A DNA stretch of 60,574 nucleotides, filler included, from Dimargaris cristalligena (GCA_003614675.1; 6 parts of 6 records of this genome joined end to end with filler, not necessarily neighbours in it); one strand, 5' to 3'. Positions 36,505-50,502 are shown, counted from the whole stretch's first letter. The notes: generated from the letters alone by a model not told the origin. Numbers and translations: made by a program.

Positions 36505-39500
36505 ATGTTGCGCCATACTCTTTCCGCCTCGCTTAACTCCCAGCTTGCCTGGAAGGCCGCTCGCACCACCTCGGTGCGTCGCCTAGGCACCTCCCGTATC
36601 TCGAACTCCACTGTCGCCTCCGCCGTCCGCATGGTCAATGGTCGGGGCTACGCCTATCAGTCCAGCCGCCTCGTCCCCGCCGCTCTGCACTTCCCGGCCC
36701 TTGGTGCCCGTGGCTTGCACACCAGCCAGGCCCGGACCGCTGCCGTAGTGTCCGAGGAAATCCTCGCTTCCGTTCCCAAGGTCGATGTCAAGAAGGTGCT
36801 AGTGGTCGGGTCCGGTGGTTTGTCCATTGGCCAGGCCGGTGAGTTCGACTACTCGGGTTCCCAGGCCATCAAGGCCCTGCGCGAATCCGGCGTCAAGACC
36901 ATCCTCATCAACCCCAACATCGCCACCATCCAGACCTCGCAGGCTCTGGCCGATCAGGTCTACTTCCTGCCCGTTACCCCTGAATACCTTACCTACGTGC
37001 TGGAGAAGGAGCGTCCCGATGGTGTCCTACTTACTTTCGGTGGCCAAACCGCCCTTAATTGCGGTATCAAGCTGGACGAGATGGGTGTGCTCGACCGCCT
37101 GGGTATCAAGGTGCTCGGTACCCCCATCAAGACCCTAATTACCAGTGAGGATCGTGACTTGTTCGCCCAGGCCCTGAAGGAAATTGATATTCCCGTGGCC
37201 CAGTCCGTCGCCGTATCGACCGTCCAGGATGCCCTCAATGCCGCCGCTGAGATCAGCTACCCGGTTATTATCCGTTCCGCCTTTTCCTTGGGCGGTCTGG
37301 GTTCCGGTTTCGCTTCCGACCCCGAAGAATTGCGTAACCTGGCCACCAAGTCCCTGTCCCTGTCCCCTCAGATCCTGGTCGAAAAGTCCATGAAGGGCTG
37401 GAAGGAAGTCGAATACGAAGTAGTGCGCGATGCCGCTAACAACTGTATTACCGTGTGTAACATGGAAAACTTCGATCCTCTGGGTATCCATACCGGTGAC
37501 TCCATTGTCGTTGCCCCTTCCCAAACCCTCAGCGACGACGAATACCATATGCTGCGTACGGCCGCCATCAAGATCATCCGTCACTTGGGTGTGGTGGGTG
37601 AATGTAACGTGCAGTACGCCCTCAACCCCTACAGTATGGAGTACATGGTCATTGAAGTCAACGCCCGTCTGAGCCGTAGTTCCGCCCTGGCCTCCAAGGC
37701 GACCGGCTACCCTTTGGCCTTTGTGGCCGCCAAGATTGCCCTGGGCCATACCCTACCCGAACTCCGCAACGCCGTCACCAAGACAACGACCGCCTGTTTT
37801 GAGCCTTCCTTGGACTACATTGTTACCAAGGTGCCCCGTTGGGATCTGAGCAAGTTCAACCACGTGAGTCGCGACATTGGCAGCAGTATGAAGAGCGTGG
37901 GTGAGGTAATGGCTATTGGTCGCACCTTTGAAGAGAGTCTGCAGAAGGCTCTGCGCCAGGTCGACCCCGCCTTCGACGGCTTCCAGTCCCTACCTATCGA
38001 AGGGGATTTGGATGCCTTCATCAGCAACCCCACGGACCGTCGCCTGTTTGGCATTGGTACCGCCATGCTTGACCGCCAATACACCGTGGACCAGGTGCAC
38101 GAGCTCACCAAGGTTGACAAGTGGTTCCTGTATAAGCTGGACAACATTCGCCAGATTCGCCAGGAGATTGCCCACGGCCAACTGGCATCCATCACCCCCG
38201 AGCTTATGAAGCGGGCCAAGCAGGCCGGTTTCGCCGATATCCAGATTGCCAAACTCACCAACGTGACCGAAGACGATGTGCGCGAATTGCGCCAACGTCA
38301 GGATGTCCACCCCTGGGTCAAGCGTATTGACACCCTGGCCGCCGAGTTTCCGGCCCACACCAACTACCTGTACACCACCTATAACGCCAGCTCCCACGAT
38401 GTGGATTTCACCGACCGTGGTACGATGGTGTTGGGTTCCGGTGTCTACCGTATTGGCTCGTCGGTCGAGTTCGATTGGTGTGGCGTGAGCTGCATCCGTG
38501 CTTTGCGTGCCTTGGGTAAGAAGACCGTCATGGTCAACTACAACCCCGAGACCGTGTCCACCGATTTTGACGAATGCGATCGCCTCTACTTCGAGGAACT
38601 GTCTTATGAGCGGGTGAAGGACATTTACGAACTGGAACAGGCCCAGGGCGCCGTAGTGTCGGTAGGTGGGCAACTGCCCCAGAACATCGCCCTCCGTCTG
38701 CACGAGAACGAGGTCAATATCCTGGGTACCTCGCCCGTCATGATTGACCAGGCCGAGAACCGGTACAAGTTCTCCCAGATTCTGGACAATATTGGTGTGG
38801 ACCAGCCCGAATGGAAGGAACTCACCAGTTCGCACGAGGCCCGGGAATTCGCCGAGCGGGTGGGTTACCCCGTGCTGGTGCGTCCCTCGTACGTGCTGTC
38901 CGGTGCCGCCATGAACATCGCCTACGATCCCGAAATGCTCGATCGATACCTGTCGCTGGCCGCCAATGTGTCGCCCCTCCACCCCGTCGTGATCACCAAA
39001 TTCATCATGGCTGCCCAGGAAATTGACATTGATGCCGTGGCCCATCAGGGCCGCGTGCTGTGCCACGCCGTGTCCGAACATGTCGAGAACGCCGGCGTGC
39101 ACTCCGGTGATGCCACTCTGGTGTTGCCCAGTCGGGACCTGGATGAGGCCACCCTGGCCCAGCTCAAGGTGATCACCGAAAAGGTCGCCCACGCCTTTGA
39201 GATTACCGGCCCTTACAATATGCAAATCATCAAGCAGACCGGTCCTAAAGGTGAACTCATCCTCAAGGTCATCGAGTGCAACCTGCGGGCCTCGCGTTCC
39301 TTCCCCTTCGTGTCCAAGGTGCTGGGTCTCAACTTCATTGACGTGGCCACCCGGGCCCTCTGCAACACCGGTGTCCCGGCCCCGGTGGACCTCATGGCCA
39401 AGTCCTACAACTACCAGGCCATCAAGGTCCCTCAGTTCTCGTGGACCCGTCTGGGCGGCGCTGACCCGTTCCTGGGGGTCGAAATGGCCTCCACTGGTGA

Positions 39501-40065
39501 GGTTGCTTGCTTCGGCAAGAACAAGCAGGAAGCCTACATGGCCGCCCTCCAATCCACCACCGGTTTCCAGCTCCCCACTCAAGGTGTCCTCATGGGCATC
39601 GACCATTTGACCGACCCTGCTGATGCCGCCTACGTGGCCGACATTCTGCACACCCAACTCGGCTATCCCATCTTCGTTGACAATGCCCAAACCGCCCAGA
39701 CCATCCAAGGGGCCAGCCAGACCGGCGTCCAGTGCAAGGTGATTGATTTCCCCTACACCGACAAGCGCCTGCTCTTCCAAGCGGTGAAGGACAACGGTAT
39801 CGACATGGTGATCAACTTGGCCAAGACCCGCCCCAACAGTACTACCGACGCCAACTACCTGATGCGCCGTAATGCCGTGGATTTCGGTATCCCATTGGTC
39901 AACGATGCCCAATGCGCCCGGTTGTTTGCGGAATCTTTGGCCCAGTACAAACAGGAACGTAAGGCGTTGGCTGAATTAAAGGCCAAGGCCACTGACGCGA
40001 CGGCGGCCCATGCCGTCATTCCTGCTGAAGTGCGGGGTTGGGACGAATACGTCAAATTGGATTAA
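36505..40065 (+). CDS. CPA2: Arginine-specific carbamoyl-phosphate synthetase large chain, mitochondrial precursor, 1186 aa
   Basis: [43 protein letters not shown] and [15 protein letters not shown], with two ATP-grasp halves plus an MGS-like domain. Arg/Ser-rich presequence. No glutaminase, DHOase or ATCase domains, so it is not URA2/CAD. Confidence 0.96.
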   Translation: MLRHTLSASLNSQLAWKAARTTSVRRLGTSRISNSTVASAVRMVNGRGYAYQSSRLVPAALHFPALGARGLHTSQARTAAVVSEEILASVPKVDVKKVLVVGSGGLSIGQAGEFDYSGSQAIKALRESGVKTILINPNIATIQTSQALADQVYFLPVTPEYLTYVLEKERPDGVLLTFGGQTALNCGIKLDEMGVLDRLGIKVLGTPIKTLITSEDRDLFAQALKEIDIPVAQSVAVSTVQDALNAAAEISYPVIIRSAFSLGGLGSGFASDPEELRNLATKSLSLSPQILVEKSMKGWKEVEYEVVRDAANNCITVCNMENFDPLGIHTGDSIVVAPSQTLSDDEYHMLRTAAIKIIRHLGVVGECNVQYALNPYSMEYMVIEVNARLSRSSALASKATGYPLAFVAAKIALGHTLPELRNAVTKTTTACFEPSLDYIVTKVPRWDLSKFNHVSRDIGSSMKSVGEVMAIGRTFEESLQKALRQVDPAFDGFQSLPIEGDLDAFISNPTDRRLFGIGTAMLDRQYTVDQVHELTKVDKWFLYKLDNIRQIRQEIAHGQLASITPELMKRAKQAGFADIQIAKLTNVTEDDVRELRQRQDVHPWVKRIDTLAAEFPAHTNYLYTTYNASSHDVDFTDRGTMVLGSGVYRIGSSVEFDWCGVSCIRALRALGKKTVMVNYNPETVSTDFDECDRLYFEELSYERVKDIYELEQAQGAVVSVGGQLPQNIALRLHENEVNILGTSPVMIDQAENRYKFSQILDNIGVDQPEWKELTSSHEAREFAERVGYPVLVRPSYVLSGAAMNIAYDPEMLDRYLSLAANVSPLHPVVITKFIMAAQEIDIDAVAHQGRVLCHAVSEHVENAGVHSGDATLVLPSRDLDEATLAQLKVITEKVAHAFEITGPYNMQIIKQTGPKGELILKVIECNLRASRSFPFVSKVLGLNFIDVATRALCNTGVPAPVDLMAKSYNYQAIKVPQFSWTRLGGADPFLGVEMASTGEVACFGKNKQEAYMAALQSTTGFQLPTQGVLMGIDHLTDPADAAYVADILHTQLGYPIFVDNAQTAQTIQGASQTGVQCKVIDFPYTDKRLLFQAVKDNGIDMVINLAKTRPNSTTDANYLMRRNAVDFGIPLVNDAQCARLFAESLAQYKQERKALAELKAKATDATAAHAVIPAEVRGWDEYVKLD

Positions 40066-40333
40066 TAGAATTTTCGATCAGCCTAGAAATTGTACGGGAC
40101 CTATACTATATTTTTCTGATCTTCTCTCCCCTCTCTCTCCCATAGCAACACGTGATGATAAATGTGTTAAATATGTGGCGTTGTTAATAAATTACTTGAA
40201 ATATTTAAAGCTTGGCTCAATTTATGTAGTAGGTTGATTTTCATATTGAGTGATCTGTATGTGCTCGTGTATCGGTACAATTCAAGTCAATTTGGAGATG
40301 AATTTTTGATTATATTCTAGGCGAGAATTATAT

Positions 40334-40396
40334 GGGTGAAATTCAGCCCAGCTATATAAGGGTTTACATTATATGTGTATGGGATGGGAGAATATA
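40334..40396. mobile_element. MITE copy 5, left part, truncated by the contig end
   Basis: Nearly identical to 35041-35090. Left flank ATAT. Confidence 0.8.
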
Positions 40397-40496
40397 NNNN
40401 NNNNNNNNNNNNNNNNNNNNNNNNNNNNNNNNNNNNNNNNTTAATTAATTAANNNNNNNNNNNNNNNNNNNNNNNNNNNNNNNNNNNNNNNNNNNN
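40397..40496. other. Artificial contig linker
   Basis: 44 N + TTAATTAATTAA + 44 N. Confidence 0.98.
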
Positions 40497-41985
40497 GGAC
40501 GCCGAGGCGAATGAGAAGCTCAAGAAGATGGTGAATGACCAACAACAGGCCAGCAGGAAGTAGAGTCGAGTACGCTCCGTGGGGCCACCGCTGAACCGCT
40601 TGGCTGGAATGCTCTTGAGTGACTGGAGGAGGTTGGCCTTGATACCCGGAGGGGGTTCGAACATTAGGACACGGGACATGCGGAGCAGATTGACAGGAAC
40701 GCTGGGGTTGGTTTCCATGGTGAGGAAAAGGCGGAAGTTGCGGTTCGGTTTCAGGCTATGCAGCTTCTTTTCCAATTTACTGAGCCAGTTGGACGCCAGG
40801 TGCACATTCTTAAGCAGTACCCAGGTACCGGTCTTGACGGCCGTGGCAATGGCCTGGTCGGCCAGGGTGAATCCTTCGATGGATCCCATGGCTACAGACA
40901 GACACACTGTGCCGGTTTCCTGGGCCAGGTTCTCCACTAAGTTACTAGCATCATGCCCGGGAACGGCACACAGGGCCACAGGGGTACCGGCCCGCACCTC
41001 CTGTTGGACGATGCGGCGCAGGTCAATGTCGGCGTTGTTCACCAAGTCCGCATCAAAGAGCTGCTCAACCAGCCGAGTGGCGGCGGGTAAGATGCGGTCG
41101 GGTCGCAGGCATTTGACCAGAATCAGGCGACGGAAGGCGTCCGTAACAGATCCAGTCCGCTCACCAGCCGCGGGCGATGGGAAACACGGGGGCACTTGAG
41201 TCTCGCCGTTGGGTGCCTGCAGGAACTGCTCCCAAACCTCGGGTTGTTCGCGTACATTGTCAGTCAGGCCGTTGAACACGGGTAGAGTGAGAAGCTGGCG
41301 GAATTGGCCGACTCCTTCTTCATCCAAGTGCTGGCGCACAGCCTCGGGCAGGTTCTCAGGTTTAAATTGAGCGGCAGCTTGGTACGCTGAGCCGGCACGG
41401 CCCATAAGCGCGGCCACATCACCACCCGCCAGGAGGAATTCGTATTCCTTGTCATCCGGGGCACCGCAGTCGTTGGCATCGGCCAGGGCACGCCACTTGA
41501 TCTGACTCAGGAGCATCAAGAGGGTTAGGTGGTCCTGGTGTAGTAGAGTGGAGGAGGCCCGCTGGTAGGCCACATTAAACAAGTCCCGGTTGAGAATCTC
41601 CAACCGAGCAAGGGGGTCGGTTACACTGCGTAGATTGGGGTTCTGTTCCGACAGAATGGTGTTGAAAATTTCGTAGAAGAAATCGAGCGAGAACTGGTAA
41701 AAGTGGTGAACCAAGCTCAGTTGTTCCAGGGTGAAGAAAATGGCACTACAAGCCTGGGCCAGTGGAGTGTAAGTACCCAGGACATGTTCAATCTCCTGCA
41801 TGACCACGTCTGTCTCCTCCACCTTGCGAGACACTTCGGCCGCCTCTCGTTTCAGAGTCTCCAGGGTACTGATGACATTATCGTCGTCCAGAATGTTACC
41901 CTTCGATGTGCTAAGCGCTTGCAGCAGGGACTTCTCGAGGTGGCGCAGACGCAGGCGGAATTCGCCTTGCAGTTTGACCAGGTCA
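40497..41985 (-). repeat. Inverted duplicate of 46218-47706 (dynein fragment)
   Basis: Reverse complement of 46218-47706. The translated ORFs are identical. Confidence 0.95.
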
Positions 41986-44900
41986 CTGCCCAACGGTGAA
42001 CGTCTGGGCCTGCCCCCCAACGTGCGTATTATGTTTGAAGTGGAAACACTACGGTACGCCACCCTGGCTACCGTTAGTCGCTGTGGTATGGTCTGGTTTA
42101 GTGAAGAAGTTGTCACGCTTGAAATGACCTGCCAACACTACTTGCAAACCCTCCGCCAACAGCCCCTGGAGGATGTCGACGAGGGTATTTCGGCTACACG
42201 TCGATCGGCGGCCGCCCAAACCGCAACTGATCCGGATGATGCCGCCCAGTCCCCTATTTTGGTCACCCAGCAGACCTGCGCCGCTTGCCTAGCCCCCTTC
42301 TTCGAACCGGGTAATCTGGTGGGTAAGGCTCTGGACTACTCCCGCGAGCAAATCCGCCATATTATGGACTTTACGCCCACTCGCGCGCTGCATACCCTGT
42401 TTTCCTTGCTTAACAAGTCTATTCGTAATACTTTGGAGTACAACACCCAACATTCGGACTTCCCCCTGTCCCCTGATCAGACTGAGAGCTACATGACCAA
42501 ACGTCTTGTTTACGGTATCATTTGGAGTTTCGCCGGTGATGCCTCGCTGGACATGCGGGTCCAACTATCCGAATTCCTGCAGGGTATTACGACGGTCGAA
42601 CTGCCCCCTCTAGGGAATGGACTATCCATCATTGACTACGACGTTCAGCTCCAGAGTGGTGATTGGCTGCCGTGGCAGTCCAAGGTCCCGGTGATTGAAA
42701 TCGAAACCCACAAGGTGTCCGAGGCTGACGTGATCATTCCCACTGTCGACACGATCCGCCATGAGGATGTCCTGTACTCCTGGTTGTCCGAGCACAAGCC
42801 CCTCATTCTATGCGGTCCGCCCGGTTCGGGTAAGACCATGACTCTGTTCAGTGCCCTGCGTAAACTGCCCGACCTTGAGGTGGTTGGTCTCAATTTCTCG
42901 AGTGCCACTACCCCCGAACTGATCATGAAGACCTTTGAGCAGTACTGCGAGTACCGTAAGACGCCCAACGGAGTTATTCTATCCCCGCAGCTGATCGGCC
43001 GCTGGCTGGTCGTGTTCTGCGACGAAATCAATTTACCCGCCACCGACAAGTACGGCACCCAGCGGGTTATCTCGTTCCTCCGCGAGCTCATTGAATGCGG
43101 TGGGTACTGGCGGGCGTCAGATAAGCAATGGGTCAAGTTAGAGCGGATCCAGTTCGTGGGTGCGTGTAACCCGCCCACCGATCCCGGCCGAGTGCCCATG
43201 TCCCACCGGTTCTTGCGCCACGCCCCCCTGGTCATGGTCGACTACCCCGGTGAGATTTCGCTCAACCAAATTTACGGAACGTTCGCCCGTGCCATGCTCA
43301 AGGTGGTCCCCACGCTGCGGGCCTATGCCGAACCGCTTACCGCCGCCATGGTCGACCTTTACCTGGTCTCCCAGCGCCGGTTTACCCCCGATATCCAGGC
43401 CCATTATATTTACTCCCCGCGTGAGTTGACCCGCTGGATGCGCGGTATCTACGAGGCCATCAAACCCCTGGATGCTTTGCCCGTAGAGGGTCTGGTCCGC
43501 ATTTGGGCCCATGAGGCTCTCCGCCTCTTCCAGGATCGTTTGGTCGATGAATCCGAACGCCGTTGGACTGACGAGCAAATCGACCAACTCGCTCTTAAAC
43601 ATTTCCCAACGATTGACCCCCAGGAAAGTCTACGCCGCCCCATTCTCTTCTCCAATTGGTTGTCGAAGCACTACATTCCCGTGGAGCGCGAAGAACTGCG
43701 CGATTACGCCAAGGCCAGACTCAAGGTTTTCTACGAAGAAGAGCTGGATGTACCTTTGGTGCTGTTCAACGATGTCCTGGACCATGTTCTCCGTATCGAT
43801 CGGGTGTTCCGCCAGATGCAGGGACATTTATTGTTGATTGGTGTGAGTGGAAGCGGTAAAACTACCTTGTCCCGCTTCGTGGCCTGGATGAACGGCCTGA
43901 CGGTGTTCCAGATTAAGGTCCATAACAAGTACTCAGGTGACGATTTCGATGAGGACCTGCGTATCGTGCTACGGCGGACGGGCTGTAAGGGTGAGAAGAT
44001 ATGTTTCATCATGGATGAGTCCAACGTGCTTGACTCCGGGTTCTTGGAACGCATGAATACGCTGCTGGCCAACGCTGAAGTACCCGGTCTGTTTGAAGGC
44101 GACGAGTATTCCTCTCTCATGACTCAGTGTAAGGAAGGCGCCCAGCGCGAGGGTCTGATGCTGGACTCGGGTGAGGAACTGTACAAGTGGTTCACCCAAC
44201 AGGTCATGAAGAATCTTCACGTGGTGTTCACCATGAACCCTCCCGAAGGTGGCCTAGCCTCCCGCGCCGCCACCTCCCCCGCCCTGTTCAATCGTTGTGT
44301 CCTGGATTGGTTCGGTGATTGGTCGGACCAGGCCTTCTTCCAGGTGGGTAAAGAATTCACCCATACCCTTGACCTGGATCTCCCCAACTACGCCGCCCCT
44401 TCCGATTTCCCCCGCGTCTACCGCGATTTGGAGCTCCCGGCCCACCATCGGGATGCGATTATCAATGCCTTCGTCTATGTGCACATGTCGTTGTACGAAG
44501 TGAACGCCAAACTGAGCAAGCGCCAGGGTCGCCACAACTATGTGACCCCCCGCCACTACTTGGACTTTATCAACCACTATGTACGTTTGTTCAGTGAGAA
44601 GCGCGAAGAGCTCGAAGAGCAGCAGCGCCATCTTAACGTCGGTTTGGACAAGCTACACGACACTGTCAATAAGGTAGAGGAGCTCCGCCGTGGTTTGGCC
44701 CAAAAGAAGAATGAGCTCGCTGCCAAGGACGCCGAGGCGAATGAGAAGCTCAAGAAGATGGTGAATGACCAACAACAGGCCGAGCAAAAGAAGGTTTCCT
44801 CCATGCAGTACCAGCGCAAACTGGAGGAACAGAACCGGGTCATTGAGGAGCGCCGTCGACTCGTGATGCAGGATCTACAAAACGTGCAACCCGCGGTGGA

Positions 44901-47657
44901 AGAGGCCCAGCAGAGTGTCGGCAGTATTAAGAAACAACAGCTGACCGAAGTGCGTTCCATGGGTAATCCCCCGGTGGCCGTGAAACTGGCCATGGAGTCG
45001 GTGTGTACTCTGTTGGGCCACCGCATTGACAGCTGGAAGACCGTGCAGAGTATCATTCGACGGGACGACTTTATCGCCAGCATTGTGAACTACGACACGG
45101 CTCTACTGACTAAGGGTCTGCGCGACCGGATGCGGCAGGAGTATCTGCAGAACCCATCGTACAATTTCGAACAGGTCAACCGGGCCAGTAAGGCGTGCGG
45201 TCCCTTGGTCAAATGGGTGATTGCTCAAGTTAATTATTCCGAGATTCTCGACCGGGTGGGTCCCCTCCGCCAGGAGGTGGAAGACCTAGAGAAACAGGCC
45301 GAGGAGTCCCGAGTGGGTGCGGCCAACATGGAACAGATGGTCGAGGAACTGGAGCAGAGTATCGCGCAGTACAAGGAAGAGTACGCCCTCCTGATTAGTG
45401 AGACGCAGATGATCAAGACTGAAATGGAACGGGTCAAGTATAAGGTAGACCGCAGTGTGACTCTGCTTGCCAGTCTGTCTTCCGAAAAGGAACGTTGGGA
45501 GGCCGCCAGTGAGACCTTCGAGGTACAAATGGGCACCATTGTCGGCGACGTGCTGCTATCCTCGGCTTTCCTGGCCTACGGCGGTTACTTCGATCAGCAG
45601 TACCGTGAGATGCTCTTTAGTAAATGGAGCAGCCATCTGATGCGAGCCCAGATTCAATTTAAGCAGGAGATCTCCATCCCCGAGTATCTTTCTACTGCTG
45701 ACGAACGCCTGGCCTGGCAGGCCAATGCCCTCCCGGCTGACGACCTGTGTATCGAGAACGCCATCATGTTGAATCGCTTCAACCGTTACCCGCTTATCAT
45801 TGATCCTTCGGGCCAGGCTGCCGCCTTCTTGGCTAACCAGTATAAGGACCGCAAGATCACCGTAACCAGTTTCCTGGACACTGCCTTCCTCAAGAACCTG
45901 GAGAGTGCCCTGCGGTTCGGTAACCCGCTCCTGATTCAGGATGTCGAGAACCTGGACCCGATTCTCAACCCCGTGCTTAACAAGGAACTTCGTCGCACGG
46001 GTGGCCGTGTCCTCCTACGCTTGGGAGGCCAGGATATCGATTTCTCGCCGTCCTTCACGCTCTTCCTGTCCACCCGGGATCCGTCCGTTAACTTCGCCCC
46101 CGACATTTGCAGTCGAGTCACCTTCGTCAACTTCACGGTTACCCGGGGTAGTCTACAGAGCCAGTGCCTCAACCAGGTCCTCAAGGTCGAACGTCCCGAT
46201 ACCGATAAGAAGCGCACTGACCTGGTCAAACTGCAAGGCGAATTCCGCCTGCGTCTGCGCCACCTCGAGAAGTCCCTGCTGCAAGCGCTTAGCACATCGA
46301 AGGGTAACATTCTGGACGACGATAATGTCATCAGTACCCTGGAGACTCTGAAACGAGAGGCGGCCGAAGTGTCTCGCAAGGTGGAGGAGACAGACGTGGT
46401 CATGCAGGAGATTGAACATGTCCTGGGTACTTACACTCCACTGGCCCAGGCTTGTAGTGCCATTTTCTTCACCCTGGAACAACTGAGCTTGGTTCACCAC
46501 TTTTACCAGTTCTCGCTCGATTTCTTCTACGAAATTTTCAACACCATTCTGTCGGAACAGAACCCCAATCTACGCAGTGTAACCGACCCCCTTGCTCGGT
46601 TGGAGATTCTCAACCGGGACTTGTTTAATGTGGCCTACCAGCGGGCCTCCTCCACTCTACTACACCAGGACCACCTAACCCTCTTGATGCTCCTGAGTCA
46701 GATCAAGTGGCGTGCCCTGGCCGATGCCAACGACTGCGGTGCCCCGGATGACAAGGAATACGAATTCCTCCTGGCGGGTGGTGATGTGGCCGCGCTTATG
46801 GGCCGTGCCGGCTCAGCGTACCAAGCTGCCGCTCAATTTAAACCTGAGAACCTGCCCGAGGCTGTGCGCCAGCACTTGGATGAAGAAGGAGTCGGCCAAT
46901 TCCGCCAGCTTCTCACTCTACCCGTGTTCAACGGCCTGACTGACAATGTACGCGAACAACCCGAGGTTTGGGAGCAGTTCCTGCAGGCACCCAACGGCGA
47001 GACTCAAGTGCCCCCGTGTTTCCCATCGCCCGCGGCTGGTGAGCGGACTGGATCTGTTACGGACGCCTTCCGTCGCCTGATTCTGGTCAAATGCCTGCGA
47101 CCCGACCGCATCTTACCCGCCGCCACTCGGCTGGTTGAGCAGCTCTTTGATGCGGACTTGGTGAACAACGCCGACATTGACCTGCGCCGCATCGTCCAAC
47201 AGGAGGTGCGGGCCGGTACCCCTGTGGCCCTGTGTGCCGTTCCCGGGCATGATGCTAGTAACTTAGTGGAGAACCTGGCCCAGGAAACCGGCACAGTGTG
47301 TCTGTCTGTAGCCATGGGATCCATCGAAGGATTCACCCTGGCCGACCAGGCCATTGCCACGGCCGTCAAGACCGGTACCTGGGTACTGCTTAAGAATGTG
47401 CACCTGGCGTCCAACTGGCTCAGTAAATTGGAAAAGAAGCTGCATAGCCTGAAACCGAACCGCAACTTCCGCCTTTTCCTCACCATGGAAACCAACCCCA
47501 GCGTTCCTGTCAATCTGCTCCGCATGTCCCGTGTCCTAATGTTCGAACCCCCTCCGGGTATCAAGGCCAACCTCCTCCAGTCACTCAAGAGCATTCCAGC
47601 CAAGCGGTTCAGCGGTGGCCCCACGGAGCGTACTCGACTCTACTTCCTGCTGGCCTG
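41986..47657 (+). CDS. DYN1: Cytoplasmic dynein heavy chain, internal fragment (end of AAA2, AAA3, AAA4, stalk/MTBD, AAA5, most of AAA6)
   Basis: [56 protein letters not shown]. Both ends are replaced by inverted dynein sequence, so the ORF-track termini (41800, 47856) are spurious. Confidence 0.95.
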
Positions 47658-50502
47658 TTGTTGGTCATTCACCATCTTCTTGAGCTTCTCATTCGCCTCG
47701 GCGTCCTTGGCAGCGAGCTCATTCTTCTTTTGGGCCAAACCACGGCGGAGCTCCTCTACCTTATTGACAGTGTCGTGTAGCTTGTCCAAACCGACGTTAA
47801 GATGGCGCTGCTGCTCTTCGAGCTCTTCGCGCTTCTCACTGAACAAACGTACATAGTGGTTGATAAAGTCCAAGTAGTGGCGGGGGGTCACATAGTTGTG
47901 GCGACCCTGGCGCTTGCTCAGTTTGGCGTTCACTTCGTACAACGACATGTGCACATAGACGAAGGCATTGATAATCGCATCCCGATGGTGGGCCGGGAGC
48001 TCCAAATCGCGGTAGACGCGGGGGAAATCGGAAGGGGCGGCGTAGTTGGGGAGATCCAGGTCAAGGGTATGGGTGAATTCTTTACCCACCTGGAAGAAGG
48101 CCTGGTCCGACCAATCACCGAACCAATCCAGGACACAACGATTGAACAGGGCGGGGGAGGTGGCGGCGCGGGAGGCTAGGCCACCTTCGGGAGGGTTCAT
48201 GGTGAACACCACGTGAAGATTCTTCATGACCTGTTGGGTGAACCACTTGTACAGTTCCTCACCCGAGTCCAGCATCAGACCCTCGCGCTGGGCGCCTTCC
48301 TTACACTGAGTCATGAGAGAGGAATACTCGTCGCCTTCAAACAGACCGGGTACTTCAGCGTTGGCCAGCAGCGTATTCATGCGTTCCAAGAACCCGGAGT
48401 CAAGCACGTTGGACTCATCCATGATGAAACATATCTTCTCACCCTTACAGCCCGTCCGCCGTAGCACGATACGCAGGTCCTCATCGAAATCGTCACCTGA
48501 GTACTTGTTATGGACCTTAATCTGGAACACCGTCAGGCCGTTCATCCAGGCCACGAAGCGGGACAAGGTAGTTTTACCGCTTCCACTCACACCAATCAAC
48601 AATAAATGTCCCTGCATCTGGCGGAACACCCGATCGATACGGAGAACATGGTCCAGGACATCGTTGAACAGCACCAAAGGTACATCCAGCTCTTCTTCGT
48701 AGAAAACCTTGAGTCTGGCCTTGGCGTAATCGCGCAGTTCTTCGCGCTCCACGGGAATGTAGTGCTTCGACAACCAATTGGAGAAGAGAATGGGGCGGCG
48801 TAGACTTTCCTGGGGGTCAATCGTTGGGAAATGTTTAAGAGCGAGTTGGTCGATTTGCTCGTCAGTCCAACGGCGTTCGGATTCATCGACCAAACGATCC
48901 TGGAAGAGGCGGAGAGCCTCATGGGCCCAAATGCGGACCAGACCCTCTACGGGCAAAGCATCCAGGGGTTTGATGGCCTCGTAGATACCGCGCATCCAGC
49001 GGGTCAACTCACGCGGGGAGTAAATATAATGGGCCTGGATATCGGGGGTAAACCGGCGCTGGGAGACCAGGTAAAGGTCGACCATGGCGGCGGTAAGCGG
49101 TTCGGCATAGGCCCGCAGCGTGGGGACCACCTTGAGCATGGCACGGGCGAACGTTCCGTAAATTTGGTTGAGCGAAATCTCACCGGGGTAGTCGACCATG
49201 ACCAGGGGGGCGTGGCGCAAGAACCGGTGGGACATGGGCACTCGGCCGGGATCGGTGGGCGGGTTACACGCACCCACGAACTGGATCCGCTCTAACTTGA
49301 CCCATTGCTTATCTGACGCCCGCCAGTACCCACCGCATTCAATGAGCTCGCGGAGGAACGAGATAACCCGCTGGGTGCCGTACTTGTCGGTGGCGGGTAA
49401 ATTGATTTCGTCGCAGAACACGACCAGCCAGCGGCCGATCAGCTGCGGGGATAGAATAACTCCGTTGGGCGTCTTACGGTACTCGCAGTACTGCTCAAAG
49501 GTCTTCATGATCAGTTCGGGGGTAGTGGCACTCGAGAAATTGAGACCAACCACCTCAAGGTCGGGCAGTTTACGCAGGGCACTGAACAGAGTCATGGTCT
49601 TACCCGAACCGGGCGGACCGCATAGAATGAGGGGCTTGTGCTCGGACAACCAGGAGTACAGGACATCCTCATGGCGGATCGTGTCGACAGTGGGAATGAT
49701 CACGTCAGCCTCGGACACCTTGTGGGTTTCGATTTCAATCACCGGGACCTTGGACTGCCACGGCAGCCAATCACCACTCTGGAGCTGAACGTCGTAGTCA
49801 ATGATGGATAGTCCATTCCCTAGAGGGGGCAGTTCGACCGTCGTAATACCCTGCAGGAATTCGGATAGTTGGACCCGCATGTCCAGCGAGGCATCACCGG
49901 CGAAACTCCAAATGATACCGTAAACAAGACGTTTGGTCATGTAGCTCTCAGTCTGATCAGGGGACAGGGGGAAGTCCGAATGTTGGGTGTTGTACTCCAA
50001 AGTATTACGAATAGACTTGTTAAGCAAGGAAAACAGGGTATGCAGCGCGCGAGTGGGCGTAAAGTCCATAATATGGCGGATTTGCTCGCGGGAGTAGTCC
50101 AGAGCCTTACCCACCAGATTACCCGGTTCGAAGAAGGGGGCTAGGCAAGCGGCGCAGGTCTGCTGGGTGACCAAAATAGGGGACTGGGCGGCATCATCCG
50201 GATCAGTTGCGGTTTGGGCGGCCGCCGATCGACGTGTAGCCGAAATACCCTCGTCGACATCCTCCAGGGGCTGTTGGCGGAGGGTTTGCAAGTAGTGTTG
50301 GCAGGTCATTTCAAGCGTGACAACTTCTTCACTAAACCAGACCATACCACAGCGACTAACGGTAGCCAGGGTGGCGTACCGTAGTGTTTCCACTTCAAAC
50401 ATAATACGCACGTTGGGGGGCAGGCCCAGACGTTCACCGTTGGGCAGTGACCTGGTCAAACTGCAAGGCGAATTCCGCCTGCGTCTGCGCCACCTCGAGA
50501 AG
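47652..50502 (-). repeat. Inverted duplicate of 41931-44781 (dynein fragment)
   Basis: Reverse complement of 41931-44781. The 939-aa minus-strand ORF repeats the plus-strand protein. Confidence 0.95.

Noticed and set aside
37990-39912. 640-aa antisense ORF inside CPA2, plus similar antisense ORFs over NIP1 (31591-32835) and dynein
   Set aside because: Shadow ORFs caused by strong GC3 codon bias of the sense gene; no independent protein features.
40449-42116. 555-aa and 939-aa minus-strand 'extra dynein genes' and the 2018-aa ORF termini
   Set aside because: They are inverted copies of the same fragment with chimeric ends, not paralogues.
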